A stretch of 64,000 nucleotides of DNA from an uncultured Candidatus Saccharibacteria bacterium (GTDB lineage: Bacteria > Patescibacteriota > Saccharimonadia > Saccharimonadales > CAZWFS01): NCBI GenBank assembly GCA_964633325.1, contig CAZWFS010000002.1:25657-89656 (forward strand), written 5' to 3'. The stretch's first letter is position 1, and each line of letters begins with the position of its first letter. Position numbers and translations under genes: made by a program. Positions 63,226-64,000 of the stretch are shown in pieces. The notes under the pieces were generated by a model, which was given only the letters and a program-made list of their open reading frames with translations, was not told where the DNA came from and searched no databases.

Positions 63226-64000
63226 TCAAACCCCCCGACTCTTACGTGTGTAATCGTCATACTTTCTCTGCAGCTGCTTCCGGTAGCGCCAATACAAGGC
63301 GCCTAGGATTGCCCCTATGATCGACGCAGTGATCGCCAGGACGGTAAGTATCTTCAGCCATATCGATACTTTCTTAACCTTGCCCATTGCCAAGAACGTA
63401 TTACCTTTGTCCAAGGTGAAGGTATCGGTATGTGTTTTGTCATCACGAGAAATAACTTCCAGCTTAGCTTGTTTGGTTTCATCACTGTAATACTCCAGCA
63501 GGCCCGATACGTTCTTGGGTGTTTCCAATGACCAACTTACGGTTATGGGCTTGTTGAAACTGTTAATAATAGAGCTATCGGCTTTTTTACATAAGATCTG
63601 GAAGGGTCCGCTGACTATCGTATAGCCGCCTAGTGGGGTCTCGATGCTCTTCAAGGCCGCAGGTTCTATGCCGCAGCTCGCCAGATCATCTAGAGCGCCT
63701 GTCGGCAGCGTAGCCTGAATCTTATTCTCCTCGTCCTTGATGTAGACATCTTTATCTGGCGACGCATTGCTATTGAATGAAGCGGATTGCGTATCGGCCG
63801 TGGCATACTCGGAGTTATTGCCAGCGCTATCAGTGGCGCGGATACGGTAATAGTAGTGGGTGTCGAATTTGACCTCTACGTCAGTGAAGGACGTGTCCTT
63901 TATATTTTCCGATATCACTGACCAATTTTGCTGGTCAGTTGATCTTTCCAGGCGATAGCTCACACTACCCGAGTTGTCTGTGACTTGGCGCCAGCTTAAT
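63226..64000 (-). CDS. fibronectin type III domain surface protein with a C-terminal TM anchor (5' end outside the window)
   Basis: FN3 pattern LSWRQVTDNSGSVSYRLERS...YYYRIRATDSAGN. The frame stays open to the window edge. Confidence 0.6.
   Translation of the reverse strand, partial: LSWRQVTDNSGSVSYRLERSTDQQNWSVISENIKDTSFTDVEVKFDTHYYYRIRATDSAGNNSEYATADTQSASFNSNASPDKDVYIKDEENKIQATLPTGALDDLASCGIEPAALKSIETPLGGYTIVSGPFQILCKKADSSIINSFNKPITVSWSLETPKNVSGLLEYYSDETKQAKLEVISRDDKTHTDTFTLDKGNTFLAMGKVKKVSIWLKILTVLAITASIIGAILGALYWRYRKQLQRKYDDYTRKSRGV

Overview
This is a 64-kb chromosomal window of roughly 50% GC, tightly packed with short genes that often overlap at stop/start codons. It holds streamlined translation and housekeeping genes, many small secreted or hypothetical proteins, comM, tRNAs with encoded CCA, and a type IV pilus (T4P) locus with no secretin gene. 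This content suggests a small-genome, monoderm-type bacterium, possibly Patescibacteria/Saccharibacteria-like, but that is inference only.

Core genes I can support:
- Translation and ribosome: infC-rpmI-rplT, rpmB, thrS, efp, rpsF-ssb-rpsR, miaA, tlyA, ychF.
- RNA genes: RNase P RNA and six tRNAs (Pro-GGG, Val-GAC, Gly-CCC, Thr-CGU, Asp-GUC, Arg-CCU).
- Other housekeeping: comM, nrdR, ndk, a processive GT2 glycosyltransferase, and a NUDIX/HAD/lipid-kinase group.
- T4P locus at 42.1-54.3 kb on the minus strand: pilM-N-O, pilB, pilT, pilC, pilA, pilD, three prepilin-like minor pilins and a PilX-like protein.

Observations most worth follow-up:
1. Two paralogous giant secreted proteins bracket the whole T4P locus plus an internal Xer-type recombinase. 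They share an apparently identical 846-bp direct repeat 15.9 kb apart.
2. A two-gene PLP-enzyme cassette (SHMT-like plus threonine-aldolase-like) is bounded by ~165-nt inverted repeats. The left repeat starts inside the 3' end of tRNA-Pro, whose 5' 43 nt are also duplicated 189 bp upstream.
3. Three copies of the tRNA-Asp 3' end lie downstream of that tRNA. Each is followed by one orphan ORF, and two of the three also by a TTGAC-type promoter within 2-3 nt. Two copies are ~125-nt structured repeats that look like a tRNA-Asp T-arm/acceptor fragment interrupted in the T-loop.
4. Heptanucleotide tandem repeats sit just upstream of several start codons, including pilC and pilN.
5. Several ~120-126-nt end-to-end hairpin elements occur, two of them homologous with compensatory changes. 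There are also two promoter-to-terminator units without convincing ORFs.

No CRISPR array, rRNA, transposase or reverse transcriptase was seen. Every function is assigned from motifs I recognised by eye; no searches were run.
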